From NCBI RefSeq assembly GCF_009914755.1, contig NC_060941.1: DNA of 64,000 nucleotides; one strand, 5' to 3'. Shown piece after piece: positions 32,481 through 45,948 of the stretch. Made by a program: the position numbers and the translations under genes. The first letter of the stretch is position 1, and each line of letters begins with the position of its first letter. The DNA is from the human T2T-CHM13v2.0 reference genome, Homo sapiens. A model generated the notes under the pieces. That model saw nothing but the letters and a program-made list of their open reading frames with translations, did not search any database and was not told where the DNA came from.

Positions 32481-32789
32481 GACTGTAGCAACCAAAATAA
32501 AAAGTATCAAAAGAAGCAAATGAAAAAGTGCAGGTCTGGCAAAAGAGGGTAAATAAATTATTTCTTTTCCCATAAAGCATTAATGCCTCCCTTTACATTT
32601 TTATGTTGGCCATGTAATTATTAAAATCTTATAAAAGAAGATTTTAATCACATATATCCCCACTTATAACTCAACCCTAAAACATGAACTGTTTTTATTT
32701 ATTCATGTTCTCTTGCATATCCTTTTCCATTGATCTGTATACAACATTACATAAGGAGTCATTCGGGACACAAATTCTATATAGAAGAA

Positions 32790-32990
32790 ATCAGGATTTG
32801 CAATCAGAGAATCTAATTTGAATCCTTGCTGGGCTATTTATTAGTTGTGTGATCTCAGCCAAATTACCTAATCTCTCTAAATCACAGTTTGCTCACTTAT
32901 AAAAGGGAAGAAAAATGTTCTCTACCTCACAGAATTGTTGTGAGAATTAAGTTAGATAATGTGTATTTATAAGCACTGCTCAAATGATTG
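32790..32990 (+). mobile_element. MIR
   Basis: TTGTGTGATCTCAGCCAAATTACCTAATCTCTCT...TACCTCACAGAATTGTTGTGAGAATTAA. Confidence 0.8.
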
Positions 32991-33097
32991 GTAATTTACA
33001 TTAATATTGGTGATCCCAGTGTGGATACAATTCTTCATTCTGCTCTTCTCATTTCCTCTATAATTAGCATTTCCACAATAGCACATAATCTACATAG

Positions 33098-33601
33098 TGG
33101 CCTACCTAATTTCCATTCCCTCATTTCACCAACAGGAACTCAATTTTATCTGAGATTGGCACTGTGCCTAGCCTAGTGATAAATCATGATTGATCTACAC
33201 CAATGATGGCAAATCTGTTTCCTACTTTCCCAGCCTTCCTTGCAGCAGGGCGTGGGGTCGTGTGACTAAATTCTGGCACTGAAACCTAAGGGGAAATGCA
33301 CTGTGGGAGAAAGGGGTGCTTCTGATAAGGCATTCATTTTACTGGCAAAAGGAACAGACCATGCTGGCCCTCCCTTTCTCCCACTTCTTTCGGTCTTAAA
33401 CCCAGATGCACCACTTAGAACTGTGAAAGCCATCTTGTGTATACAAGAGAAATGCTTAAGAATTTCAGAGACATCAGCCCTTGACGCCCCTGTGGCCACC
33501 TACCTCTGGACTTCTTGTTATGTCAGAAAAATAAATTCAAGTTTCTAGAAGCCATTGTTAAGGTTTCTGTTATTGCAGTTGAAAACATTCCAAACTAATA
33601 T
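33098..33601 (+). mobile_element. Old MLT1 (J/K/L-like) MaLR LTR
   Basis: TTTCCCAGCCTTCCTTGCAGC...GCCATCTTG...CTCTGGACTTCTTGTTATGT...CTAATATA. Confidence 0.7.
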
Positions 33602-34245
33602 AATGGTTTCAATGCCTTTGGAAAAGTTCATCAACTTCATATAATGAAATTAGTCATTTACTTTTTGCCAGAAATGTACATTGTTTAGTTCCACAAACAT
33701 TTACAGATGGTCTTCTATGTACCAGTTATCTGGGTTACTGAATAAATATGACACATTCCTTCCCATGAAGGAACTAACAGTGTTTTCAATTTTGCTCTAT
33801 TAAAAAAAAATTCCAAGCTGAAAATCATGATGCATACAATTTCTTCGGAGTTATTTACATGAGAAAAAATACTCTCACCCCATCCACCCACTGTGCTCCC
33901 AATGATTTTCTACTGGTTTCTGGAACACACCAAGCTCATTTCATTTTAGTAAATCTTCATTAGCAGAATATTTTTTCTCCAGATCGGTGTAAACTGGCTG
34001 TTTCCTGGCATTGAGATCTCAAACTAAATGCCTCTTCCTCAAAATGGTCTTTCTCTTCAATCACACAAATGCAGTCATCCATCATAGCATCCTTTTTAAT
34101 TCTCTGCAGAGTAATTATGATGTCATGTTTTTCCTGCTTATTGATTCCTTTTTTTGTTGTTTCCTCCAGTACCTCTACCCCACTGCTAAAATATAAGCAA
34201 CCTGTAAGAAATGAGTGTGTTTTGACTACATCTGCAACCCCTACA

Positions 34246-34468
34246 ACGGGGGTCAGCAAACCACAAGCTGCAGCTAAATCCAGCCAGCTGCCAGTTTTGT
34301 AAATAAAATTTCATTCAAACATGGCTATGTGTACTAGTTACCGTATCGTCTATGGCTGCCTTTGTGCTACAAGAACAGAGTAGAATAGTTACAACAGAGA
34401 CTAGATGTCCCACAAAGTCTAAAGTAGTTGCTATGTGGTCTTTTACAGAAAAAGTTTCTGGATCCTAG
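34246..34468 (+). mobile_element. MER58A-like hAT-Charlie element within an L2 relic (~33870-34520)
   Basis: GGGGTCAGCAAAC...GTTTTGTAAATAAA...TTTACAGAAAAAGTTT. Confidence 0.8.
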
Positions 34469-34925
34469 ATCTAGAAGAATGCCTCACACAAAATAAGCAC
34501 TTAATAAATTCCCAAGAAACATTAACATTTTGTCTCAAAGGCTGTTATTTGTAGGTTTTCTCATTCTGTAGGTATATTTGTTTCTAATGATGCTATCAGT
34601 CCTGTTTCAGTAGGATTGCTCTTTACTGGAATTGCTTCATTGACAGGAATTCCACACCAAATTTCCAGAAAGAACAACTCATCACCTTGGATCAGAGGAT
34701 TAAAGGTTTAGCACAATATTCTGCAAATCACAGGGACATCTCAAAGGCAGAATCAAATGTCTTTCTCACATTTAGTTTAGCAGCATAAATCAGATTTCAC
34801 TTGCATTTTTTTTTTTGTACATCATTTCATTCTTAGGCTATATTCCATCATGGACATACAGCCATATGATTGGTTTTGGTTGGTTGGTTAAACTTTTATT
34901 TTAGGTTCAGGAGTCCATGTGCAGG

Positions 34926-36352
34926 TGTCACAGGATCCTTAGGGTGTTGCTTTTCCAGCCAGAAACCTTTGTGGCTGGTGGCACCTTTGCCCAAATTTTG
35001 CTTGGGCCCGCTGGGCTTGTTCCACCCACTTGACCCAGCAGGCCGTGCTCAGCTTGTGCTACTGGCCCAGATGTCATGCCTGCCAAGGGCAAGCCAGGTG
35101 TGGAGCAGTGAGGGGTGTGTGAGTGAGCATGGGGTCCAGCCACTGCACACAGCTAGGCATGCCAGCTGCAGTGGGGCAGGCAGTTCCAGGCTCCAGCACA
35201 GGCCATGGCTTTGTGTAAGGCAGTGGCTGGACCAGGCATACCAATAGCGGATTCCACTGTGAGCACCAGGGAACACAGTGGCACCCAGAAGATCAGAGTT
35301 GCCAGGAACTACAGAGCCCCAAAGAAGGTGTCACAGCCTTGGCTCAGGGAGCCCCTAGGTCTGGCTTCCCTAAAGGGCTGCAGCTCTTCTCTCCTTCCCA
35401 TTGCCCACAATGTGACAAGCAGGGGGCATGTTCTAGCCCTATTTGTGTTACAGCACTTTCAGTCCCACCATTCAGTGGGTCCTGAGTTCTTGTCCCCTGT
35501 CCAGGAAGAATGAGGTAGGCAGACAACTGGAGGGTGAGCAAGGCAGACAGGGGCTTCATGGAGCAACACAACAGTTCTCAGGAGACCTGGAGTGGGTGGC
35601 TCCTTTCTGCAGCTGGTAGTACGGACATCTCTGTGAGTCTGGCTGAGTCCTAGGCTTTTATGGACTTTGGAAGAGGGAAAGTGCATGCTGATAGGTCCAT
35701 AGGTGGCCATGGGCACCGGAAAAAGCACCACAGTTCTCACTTCGGGCCACAGACTCTATGTTTAAGGCCCTTCCTGGCTTGAAGGTCGGGCTTCATCAGA
35801 GACCTGCCCCTTTCCACCCAGAAGGTTGTCTTTATCCTGCTACCATCAATCATGTCATCCCTTTTCTGGCGCCCAGGCTGTTTGTGCAGAGGGGTGCCTG
35901 CAGGCCCACACCCAGCCACCCTTAGCCCCACCTCAGCTTCCCTCCCATGCTTGTCAGTGCCCAAAATCTGGAGGGGTCCAAGGCAGCAGGGGCTTGGTGG
36001 GTCAGCACCACCCTGAGCACTCACACACTTGGCTGGGTTGCAACAGCACCTGGGCTTGTCCTCAACTTTGCTCCCAAATCGGAGCAGGCATGGCGAGAGG
36101 CCAGGCAGCAGGAGCAGGCACTTTCTAGCTTGCAGGGGCAGGGAGGCTTCCTGGGTCTCAGGGAGTACAGGGATGCCCGGGTCCACAGCCATGGCTAGGA
36201 AGCAGCAGCTGTGCCTGGGAGGGTGGGGCTGCCACCCCGTGAACTCAGGAAGGCAGTGGGGCTTCCCCCTGTTCCCAGCTCCCACTGGCTCCATGGAACA
36301 TGCTGTTGGCGTCTTCACAGTGGCCACTTCAGATAGGCCGCTGCTACCGTCG
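34926..36352 (-). mobile_element. MER52-type ERV1 solo LTR (~1.4 kb, GC-rich) inserted in an antisense L1PA 3' end (34890-36445)
   Basis: TGTCACAGGATCC left end and GCCGCTGCTACCGTCG right end; L1 sequence CATGTGCAGG|...|GTTTATTATATAGGTAAAC rejoins across it. Confidence 0.85.
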
Positions 36353-37769
36353 TGGGTTTATTATATAGGTAAACTCATGTAATGGGGATTTGTTGTACTG
36401 GTAATTTCATCACCCAGGTACCAAGACTAGTACCCAATAGTTATTAGATCTTCATTTGTCAACCCAAATTACACTACCGACAAGTGAAATATCTGAATTT
36501 TTTATCACAATTAAAATTGTGTTCTAAATAATATCAACATCTTCATTTGATTTTCCAAAAAAAAAATAGGTTGCTCTTTAATTCAGATTCTTTTCATGCA
36601 TTTTTTTTAATCACTGAAATGAAATAAAACTGCTCTGAGCCCAAGTTAGGGAACCAGCTCCCATATCCATTAGTCACTTTTTTATTTTTGCTTCTTAGGA
36701 ATATAACTTCTAATAAGTTTTGACATTAAATATTGAAAGCTTAATTCTCAGAGGACTGATTTCAAAAATACATTTCCCATATTTTTGCTTGCTGCTGAGA
36801 CCTTAGAGTGTGCTACTAGGTGTATCCAGGGCAGTTCCAGGGACAGTTTATCTTTGGCAGGTTGTGGGTGTGGATAGGGCTGGGGGGAAGTTGCTTGCAA
36901 AACAAGTTGTATTGTGAGCACACTAATAAGCTCCTCTTCTAGCCACCACAGAACCTCCATGAAAACCTCTAGGATTATGGGTAGGGTTTCAGAGTCTCTC
37001 TTTTGGGGATCTATCGCTTATGTCCCAGACCAAATCAATCTGTTCTGTTTTTCTTTTCCCCAAATCTGCCTCTTCGACATCTATTTGATTTATGCCTCAG
37101 CCAAGTCCTTTCAGATTAAGGTTTTGTTTAGTGTCCGATCTTCACTCCTAAGCATTGTCTCTGTGTCCACTTTATTTCTATGACCTGTGGCCCTCAGGCT
37201 AGACTCATCCTATGGCCACATTCAGCCAGGTTCCCAGATTCTTGTTCTGTGGGATTTCGTTAAGGGAGTTACAACATCCAAATCAATATGTAGAAAGCTG
37301 ATCTAGTCTCAAAGAATAGAGTTTAATGTATTGCAGAAGCTTATTGTCCCCTGTGGTAGAGGAAGTACAGCTCATTCTGCACTCTCCAGAAATGTGATGA
37401 AAACAAACAGAAAAATAACCAATTACTCGCTTCAACCCCTGCTCTTTAATATTTCAAGAATTGTCATATTAAACTTCAGACTCTCAAAGTATAAATAAAT
37501 CAAGTAGTTGGAAAGATCACTGTCTTCAAATGACTCAAAATTTTTTAATTGATGCTGCATTATGCAATACATTTGAAACTATAATCTTTGGTGATGATTC
37601 CATTCAGCACTTTCATAATTTCTATTTGGTATGTTCATGTGTTTCTGTGTTTCCTTCATATATTCTGCAGACATTTCAAATAAGTACTTATTTCAAATCT
37701 CTAGACCCAAACATTTGGGAATAAGTTATCACTTGGCATAATCTTAGATTACTGTGTTATTTCCCAAAG

Positions 37770-38007
37770 TAGATTACTACATGGCTCACTAATCCTGTGA
37801 GATGCTCTAAGTTTAAGACAGAAATTCTCTTATCAAATACTGTTATATACTTAGGAAATTCTGGATTCTATAACACTCTCTTCATCAGCGCCTGTGAACT
37901 GCAGTAGTAAAGAAATCTGTTTGTTTACCCGCCATTTCCCAAAATTATTTAGCTATAAACTTTATTTTAAATATTTATTAACATTCCATAGATCACACTG
38001 TGGGAAA
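37770..38007 (+). mobile_element. MER103-like hAT relic
   Basis: CTAATCCTGTGAGATGCTC...AGTAAAGAAATCTGTTT...ATTTCCCAAA...ATTAACATTCC...CACACTGTGGGAAA. Confidence 0.5.
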
Positions 38008-39679
38008 GGAGGGTCTATTTCAGCTGAGCAGGTTCAAATGCTTTCATTGTCCAGGTATGTAAATAAATGTGGAAAGCAGTCTGGTATAAGACAAGAGGGA
38101 ATGATGAGGGACGTGGAACTAGTGGGGGAACTTTGCTCTCCTAAAGGCTTTCAAGTCCAAAGTACTGAAAACAAATGATAGATTGAGAGAGAGAGAGAGA
38201 GACCAATAAACAAATCTGTTAGTCAACTGAAGCACAACTATGGAGAAGATTCAGCTCTTAAGCCACTAGTTTTCAACTCCTAGCCTCAACCATCCTTCAT
38301 GTAACAACTGAGAATGAGAGTCTCAGAAGAAATAACTTATCCAGTCCACCCTAGAATTGTTGTTCTTTTTTTATTTCAAACTGGGTATGATTTGGGGGCT
38401 TATGTCATTACCAAGCACCTGTCATTGCATTAGGCACTAATTATGTTATTCGCTCCTATTTTATAGATAAGAAAATTATTTCATCTGCCCAAGGCAGGCA
38501 AAACAAAGCTGGAGTCTGATATCAGATCTCTGTCTGCCAAAGCCTATGTTCTTCTCATTATGTTATGCTTCCAATCTGGCATGACAGGGATGTGGCACTT
38601 CATGTGACAAGAGTAACACATATGGCAAGTAACAGAATCTTTAACAATTGTGTTGGGCCTGACAGAGTTGAGTAACCATGCATTTTCCAAAAGGAATCAA
38701 CTCACATTGAGTAACCATACATTTTCCAAAAGGAATCAATGCACAGGTCCTAAAAAAAAAAATAGCAACAATTGTAATCATGGTAGAACTACCATTGTTA
38801 AACACCTACAATGGACTAAGCCCATATTATTAATGTTATGTTATTCATATTATCTCCATATTATATATTATGATAATATTATTCATATTATTTCCTGTCA
38901 ACACAACACCCTTCAAAATAGGTATTAAATACATTTTTGATGAAAAATAAAACTGACTGTGAGAAAGGTTAGGTAAATTTTCAAAGTGACAGAGCTTTAA
39001 TAGCTGGAATCTGATCACCCTGCTTTTTCTTATGACAAAACTCCCTCTTATGTTGTAAACCTAGGCTTTGGAATAGGAAAGTTATTTTTTTTATTCCTTT
39101 AGTAGGACATGTCTATATTCAAAACCACTTCTTTCATTCAAGTAGTCCCTGACAATTTAAATATTGCTTTAACATACATAATCTCATTTGATTCTACTAA
39201 TGGTTTTTTGGTAAAGAAGGCAGATTTCAAACCCCCCACATTTCAGCTGCAGAATCTGAGACTCAGTGAAGTTGAAATGTGTGTAGAGCAGAGCTTGGAC
39301 ACAAACCCAGGCTTTCTGATTTTCATCATCATTCATGATTCCCAACACGCTGCACAGAGGCATCTTACTTAGTTCACATTTTACATGTGGACAGAGGCCC
39401 AGAGAAATTGCAAGTCACAGGTAAAAGAAACAGTTGCAGGTTTACCTATGACTATTACGTTTGAGAAAAAGTCACCCAATTTCCTAGACTCTGACACATC
39501 ATGTTTAACAATTATTCTTAATCTAATGCAAAATTTTTTATAGCATTTAGCCACCATTGTACTTTCTTTGGCCTCTATTTCAAGGCAGTAAATATCTAAA
39601 TTGTTACCAACATGCACACTGCAAGAATAGAATAGATTTGTAAACTTTTAAAATCCCCTGATTATTGATACACAGGAAA

Positions 39680-40500
39680 ACTTGGATACTTGGATGAATT
39701 TCAAGGGCATTAGGCTGAGTAGGGAAAAAAGCCAATTTCAAAAGGTTACACACGATATGATTTCATTGATGTAACGTGTTCAAATGACAGAGTTATAGAA
39801 CTAGAAAACAGATTAGTGTGTGCCAAGGATTAGGGATGCAAGTGGAGAGTGATGGGGAGGGGAGGTAGTAATAGTTGTGACTACAAAGGGTTAGCATGAA
39901 GGTTTTTTGGTTTTTTGTTTGTTTGTTTGTTTTGAGACAGGATCTTGCCCTGTTGCCCAGGCTGGAGTGCAGTGGCACAATCATGGCTTCCTGCAGTCTC
40001 ACTTCGACCTCCTGGCCTCAGGTCATCCTCCCACCTCAGCCACCTGAGTAGCTGAGACTACAGGCACATGACACCATGCCTGGCTAATTTTTGTATTTTT
40101 TCTAGAGACTAAAACTCCTGGGCCCAAACGATCAGCCTGCTTCAGCCTCCCAAAGTGCTGAGATTACAGACATGAGCCACTATACCCAGCCTGCATGAGG
40201 AATTTTTGAGGTGACAGAGCAGTCTTGTATCTTGGTTGTGACGGTGGTAACGAAATCTACATGTGACAAATTTGCATAGAGCTACACACACACATACACA
40301 CACACACGAGTGCACATGAACTGGTAAACACTGAATAAGCTCTATGGGTTGTACTTATGCCAATTTCCTGGTTTTGATATTGTACTATAGTTATGTAAGA
40401 CCTTACCATTGAGAGAAACTGGGTGAAGCATACACAAAATTTCTCTGTATTATTTTTACAATTTCCTGTGAATCTATAGTTATTTCAAAGATTTTAAAAA
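39680..40500 (+). mobile_element. L1MC/MD-type 3' end interrupted by an AluJ
   Basis: GGATGAATTTCAAGGGCATTAGGCTGAGT...TTCCTGTGAATCTATAGTTATTTCAAAG. Confidence 0.75.
39903..40191 (-). mobile_element. AluJ
   Basis: (TTTG)n tail, GGCACAATCATGGCT, CCTCCCACCTCAGCC; small internal deletion. Confidence 0.9.
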
Positions 40501-43500
40501 TGGTTTACTTTTCTGATCTTACCAGAGGACCTTGTTGGGTTGTCAGCATCTTAGATTTTACCAGCCATACCTTGGGCAAATCTGCCTCCTTTCCCAAAAG
40601 CCCCCTACCCCACAGGAGAAGTGCATGGGCTCTCAGGGCTGCTGTCAAATGTATCCCATATCCAATCTGATTGCTTTTCTTTTTCAAACACACCCACAAA
40701 TTAAAATTCAAGCTCCTTATTTAGTATGACATGCTAATAAGACCATATGACATGCATTCAGACCATAACTGGCTCCTTATGGGCTGAATCCTGCTTACTT
40801 TTCCAACCTCATTAGATGCTCCTCCTCCCCGTCCCCTCCCACAAAGTGAGTACTCTTAGGCTTGTGGTTCTGGTTATGCTCTCGGTTCTTTCTGGAATGC
40901 CCTTCTTCATAGTCTTTCCAGGGGTACTTAGCTGTGAGTCCTCAGCAGCCCTGCAGTAGTACTGCCAGTAGCTGTGGGTATGAATGTCTCCAGAGACTTC
41001 TTCCCTTCCTCCACAAATTCAGTATTTTTTGAGACAGTGCAGCTCTGCTTCCAATATGCCATGCAGCTAAGGAGTAGCACATGTCAAGTCAATAGCTCAA
41101 CTCAGCAACAGTCTCATTGAAGATGCCTCTCAGCCTCTCTCCCCAAATGAATTCTCAAGCATTTACCTTGGCCAAGTACTAAATCCACTCACCATTTTTT
41201 TACAGCTATCCTTCTGTGAGTCCAGAAGTAAAGCCTACCCTAAATTATTCCCAGAAGGAAAGCACGTTGGTTTTCTCTCCCACCAATTTAGGTGTTTACT
41301 GCCCACTAACGTTTCAAAATCTATACCAGATTAGGGCAGTAATAAAGGGTAGCGCTTTGACTGGGATATGGAAATAATCAGCAAGACTTTGCCTATGCTG
41401 GTTACCTCTGGAAGTTTGAGAAAAAACAGCTTAATTTGCATCACACAGCCACAGGTTTTCATGAGCATTTATTTTAGAAGAGAATATAAGATGATATGGA
41501 TGCAAGTTACCTAATGTATGAGCAAGGAGAGCAAAGAAAGCCCGGTGGCATTCTAGAACCCAGGACTGCTAAGCCAATCCAGTCAAATTGGTTGTTTATC
41601 CTGAGAATTTTTTTTACCACCTTTCATTCTTCTTTTAATTCCTACTTTTTCTTCCCTGGTGACTAATGCCAAGGCCAAATAGTAGCACTCCTGAAGGAGA
41701 TTCAGTTTAAACAAAGTTATTTTGAGGGATTATTGAAGAGACACATCAGCATAAAAGAGTGGAAATATATTTGTAAGGCTGATTCTCATCCCACAGAGTA
41801 CACATTTTTATCTATCCCCTGAGCTGATTTTTAACTAAGAAGGAGATTCTGATTAACTTTCTCTTTAAAATCTCTCCTCATCATAACTGCACAAAGCTAG
41901 CTGGATAACCAAGCAATGCATATGGATAAGATAAAGAATTGTCAATCCTTTTAAATAATTTAGCAGCATATTAATCTTTGTGAACCTTTGGAGACTGGGT
42001 TTAATGTCAGCTTTACTTTGGTTCTATGGAACCACAGAGAATTCGGGACACATTTCTCACCTCAGGTAAAGAACTACAGCAGTGGAACCTCTGAAAAGTT
42101 TAAGTCCGGAAGTTAAACTGGAACTCAAATAATGTGAAGTATTTGGAAACTGGCCATACAAGAACATTCTGTGGAAATATGGCCTTGTTCTGACACTCCA
42201 TTTTTTCACAACATTTTTTCCCACCAGGTAAGTAATAATCCCAGAGCTTTGGCCATGATGCCCAATGGAAAAGGAGAGGATCAGACTATTAAAGCAGAAG
42301 GTACAATCCAGTGGATAGAATGGTTCCTTCCCCTCAGCCATCCAGCCCTATTCAGCCAGTCCCAGATAGTCAAGCTGCTCAAAGAGATATCAAAGCAATG
42401 TAGATGCCTAGAAGTTATCTGGTCAACTTAATGATCCAAGTTAAAAATGCATTAATACAGTACTTTACACAGATCAAAATACTAGATATTACTGAATCTG
42501 CTTAGAAACACAAATACATAGAGCTTTAGTGATTTCCTAATTCAATAAAGTTTTAAATATTTTGAACTCTAAATGCCCTAACTTCATAACTGCACCCCAT
42601 GTAAAATTCAATCACTACCTAATTGGGAAATGTTACATCCACTCATTATTGATTACCTAATTAAGCACCTTCATCAAAGAATATTCCTGAAAAAAGGATT
42701 TTTAAATTCTTGCAAAACAATTTAATTTAATTAGTGGCTCAGGTATACATCTCTTGGGAATGGGTTCAAAGTACAATAAACCATGCTTTTCATGAGAGCA
42801 GCCCTCTACTCGTTGTCTTCATAAAGAATTGGCCACTTCCAGGTTCAACTGGTATAACCTTGTATATTTGTATCTTCAAATTTATCTGATGGAGAATATT
42901 AATAAGAATTAAAGATTTTTTTACAAGTAAGAACTGATCTACACCCAGCATGGCTGTAATACCTCCTTTGGGAAATAGGACTGGTCCATCTGATAAGCTA
43001 GGAATTCCTAAAACCTTAAATTGAAAGGCGACAACCTATTCAAGGCAGTATAAAAAGAAGTAGAAGGATGCATATGAGCCAAAATCTATTGAAAAGAGCT
43101 GAAAGTAAAAGACTACAGAAGCAATTTTTTAAAAGCAAAATCCAAAGTGGCAGCAATAGGAGGAGATTTTAAAGAAGAGGTCAAAAATTTGAAGTCAGAA
43201 GGTCAGATCAGATGAAGACTACATCAAGAAGCAGCAAAGAAGATCCAAAGAGCTAACTGAGAACGAACACTCAGATGTCTGCGCGTCCTTTTCCACTTGG
43301 ACAAGTAGGAAGAACATAACCAGCTGGCATAAGGCATCAGCAGTAGGCCGCAGAAGCCTTTGATCACACAGATGGAAATAGTGTATGGGGTCAATCACCT
43401 CGAAATAGGTCATGGACTCTAAATGATTCTTCCAAGCCTTTGTCAAATCACCCCTGTGAAAAATAGATCACACAGGATGGGCTCATGGCATGGTTAATTT

Positions 43501-44383
43501 AGAACCTAACCAGTATTTTAAACATTTAAAAGGCTATGTTCTAAACCCTCTACTTTAAAATTTATATTCAGGGTAACAATGCAAATCAGTTTCCTTAATT
43601 TTCCTATCAAAATGTTAACTCTTCCACTTATCTGTCTCCATCACAAGTATATGAATCTCCCTGAACGAATAGCACAGGATAGTTGTACTTTCACTTAATA
43701 TTATATTCTATTCATCTAATGTCCAAATTCTCACTGAGACAACTGATATTTAGAGAAATAGGCTAAGAGACTTGATAAATATTCATTTCCCTCAATCCTC
43801 TAAGCTCTATCCCCGAATCAAGTCAAATAGCCAGAAAAGCTACGTGCAAGGACTATTATATTAGTTCCCTGTAGAAATGCTTTTACGGGGCACTTTAGTA
43901 GTATGTCTTCTTATTGAGAAGACCAAAAATTTGTCATCTCTTGCAAAATTGCTATTGAAAAAATGATCTAGTATGTTATGCAATGTCCTCTATATAAAAC
44001 ATATCATAAACAAAATCAGTGCAAGAAAAGTGTTATGTCCCGTGGTAACAGATAACCACCCTGTTACCTTTATTAGAAAAATGACAGCATTGAAGTTTTC
44101 CACCATGATCTCCCAAAAGCTCAAAACTAACATTTTTCTCACCTTCTCTGTTATTTATTTTGTATTCTTCTACTCTTGTCTTATTGGAAGCCCCCTTGAA
44201 GTCATTTGTGGAAAGAGGACGTATGCAGATTAATAGATATTACAATTAAATGTCCAGTATGTGGAAGGATCATTATAAAGTGGAATGATAATTACAGCTT
44301 CACAACTGATTTGATTTTTTCATGAATGTATATGACCCATGGTTCGATCCATCTATTAATTTATGGTATTTAGGAAAGTTCAC

Positions 44384-44818
44384 TGTGGCAGAAACAACAC
44401 TATGCATTTATCATCCTCTATTTCATTTTCCTGTCCTTGGACATCCAAAAAGAGTACACTTCCTGCCCAACCTGCAATTAAATTGGCACTATATCTGTAG
44501 GTTCTGGCCAATAAAATTTAGATGCAACAAATGTATGTCACTGTAATCATGACACTTAAAAGCATTCCACATTATCTTCTTGCATTATCTTCTCTGCTTC
44601 TGCAACCCTAGAAGCTGTAATAAGAGCAACATCATAAGGTAGAAAGGTAGAGCAGCCTTCATCAGCCTGGGTCCCTGAGCAACTATGTGAAGTAGAGGTC
44701 CTCTGCATATCCACGCTGAATTGGCAGCATAATTGTTAAATAAATCTTTATCCTGTAATGAGCCCTGAGATTTCAGAGTTAATTTTGTTACCACACACAG
44801 CGACTTCTCTACTGACAA
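44384..44818 (+). mobile_element. Old MLT1 (H/I/J-like) LTR
   Basis: GTTCTGGCCAAT, ATCAGCCTGGGTCCCTGAG, CTGAGATTT...TTGTTACC. Confidence 0.7.
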
Positions 44819-44966
44819 GTCCCTGGGGATTATTTGATTCAAGGAAACCTTTGTAAAACTTCCCACTCTTTACTTGACTTTGCAGGCCCAAATACCTTTC
44901 TGATCCATTATCCCAGTGAGCTGGACTGGAAAACACACAAAATTCAATAGCCTCCTCCTTACATGG

Positions 44967-45459
44967 TCTTTTTAAAACTGTAGTAAAATATACGTAAGAT
45001 AGAATTTACCATCTTAACCATTTTTAAGTGTAGAGTTTAGTAGTGGTAAGTGCATTCATATTGCTATGCAACCATATCCACCATTCATCTCTACAACCCT
45101 CTTAATCTTGCAAAATGAAAACTTTGCTCATTAAACAATAACTCCCCATTCCCTCCCTCCTCAGCCCCCGGAATGCATCATTTTGCCTTCTGTCTGTATG
45201 AATTTGACTACTCTAAGTACCTCATATAAATGGAATCATATAGTATTTATCTTTTGGTAACTGACTTATTTCACTTAGCATATTGTCCATCCAAGTTGTA
45301 GCATATGTCAGAATTACCTTCCTTTTTAAGGTATAATAATATTCCATTGTATATACACATATATAAATCACATCTTTTTATCCACTCATCCATTGATGGA
45401 CACTTGGGTTGCTTCTACTTCTTGACTATTTTGAATAATGCTTCTATGAACATGGTATG
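44967..45459 (-). mobile_element. L1MB-type 3' end
   Basis: AATTTACCATCTTAACCATTTTTAAGTGTA...ACCTCATATAAATGGAATCATATAGTATTT...GATGGACACTTGGGTTGCTTC. Confidence 0.85.
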
Positions 45460-45906
45460 CAGTAATCTCCCCTTATTCCTTGGTTTCAGTTAAGTTCAGT
45501 TTTTTTTTCCCATGGCTTACTTTTATTTTTTATTATAAAAAACACATACAAGAGTTTTAAGAAATGATGAATATAAGACAAATCAAAACCACGGTGAGTT
45601 AGCAAACCCATTTTCTATATACAAATATAGATAAACCGTTATACTAAAATATACTAAATACAGATAAACAAATATACTAAAACTCTGAAAATGGAATATC
45701 ATCAAATGTGAGACACATCATAGCATGGTCTGTATGTACAAAGCACACAAAGCTCTGCCTATGGTCATCTGTGAATTGCTCATTTACATGTCACTGATAA
45801 CAAAAACCTGCAAGGGAACTTTTACCCTTCAGTTCTTGTCTTCCTGATGGTTCACTATGGTCCAAAAATATTAAATGGAAAACTACAGAAATAAACAATT
45901 CATAAG
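45460..45906 (+). mobile_element. MER44-like Tigger fragment split by a ~350-bp insert
   Basis: CAGTAATCTCCCCTTATTCC..GGTTTCAGTTA then, after the insert, GGTCCAAAAATATTAAATGGAAAACTACAGAAATAAACAATTCATAAG. Confidence 0.75.
45500..45849 (-). pseudogene. 5'-truncated processed retrocopy of an mRNA 3' end (parent unidentified)
   Basis: Minus strand ends AATAAAAAATAAAAGTAAGCCATGGG(A)9; flanked by GTTCAGT/GTTCACT; interrupts a collinear transposon. Confidence 0.65.

Positions 45907-45907
<1 letters not shown>

Positions 45908-45948
<41 letters not shown>

Noticed and set aside
34870-36382. Cluster of 100-196 aa ORFs and a GC-rich, island-like stretch
   Set aside because: Lies entirely within a GC-rich MER52 LTR; CpG-depleted; overlapping ORFs on both strands with no protein motif
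36727-37260. Possible ancient LTR relic
   Set aside because: Could not assign a family or find termini with confidence
43030-43450. Purine-rich stretch resembling a coding exon
   Set aside because: No long plus-strand ORF in the track, no convincing splice sites and no recognisable protein
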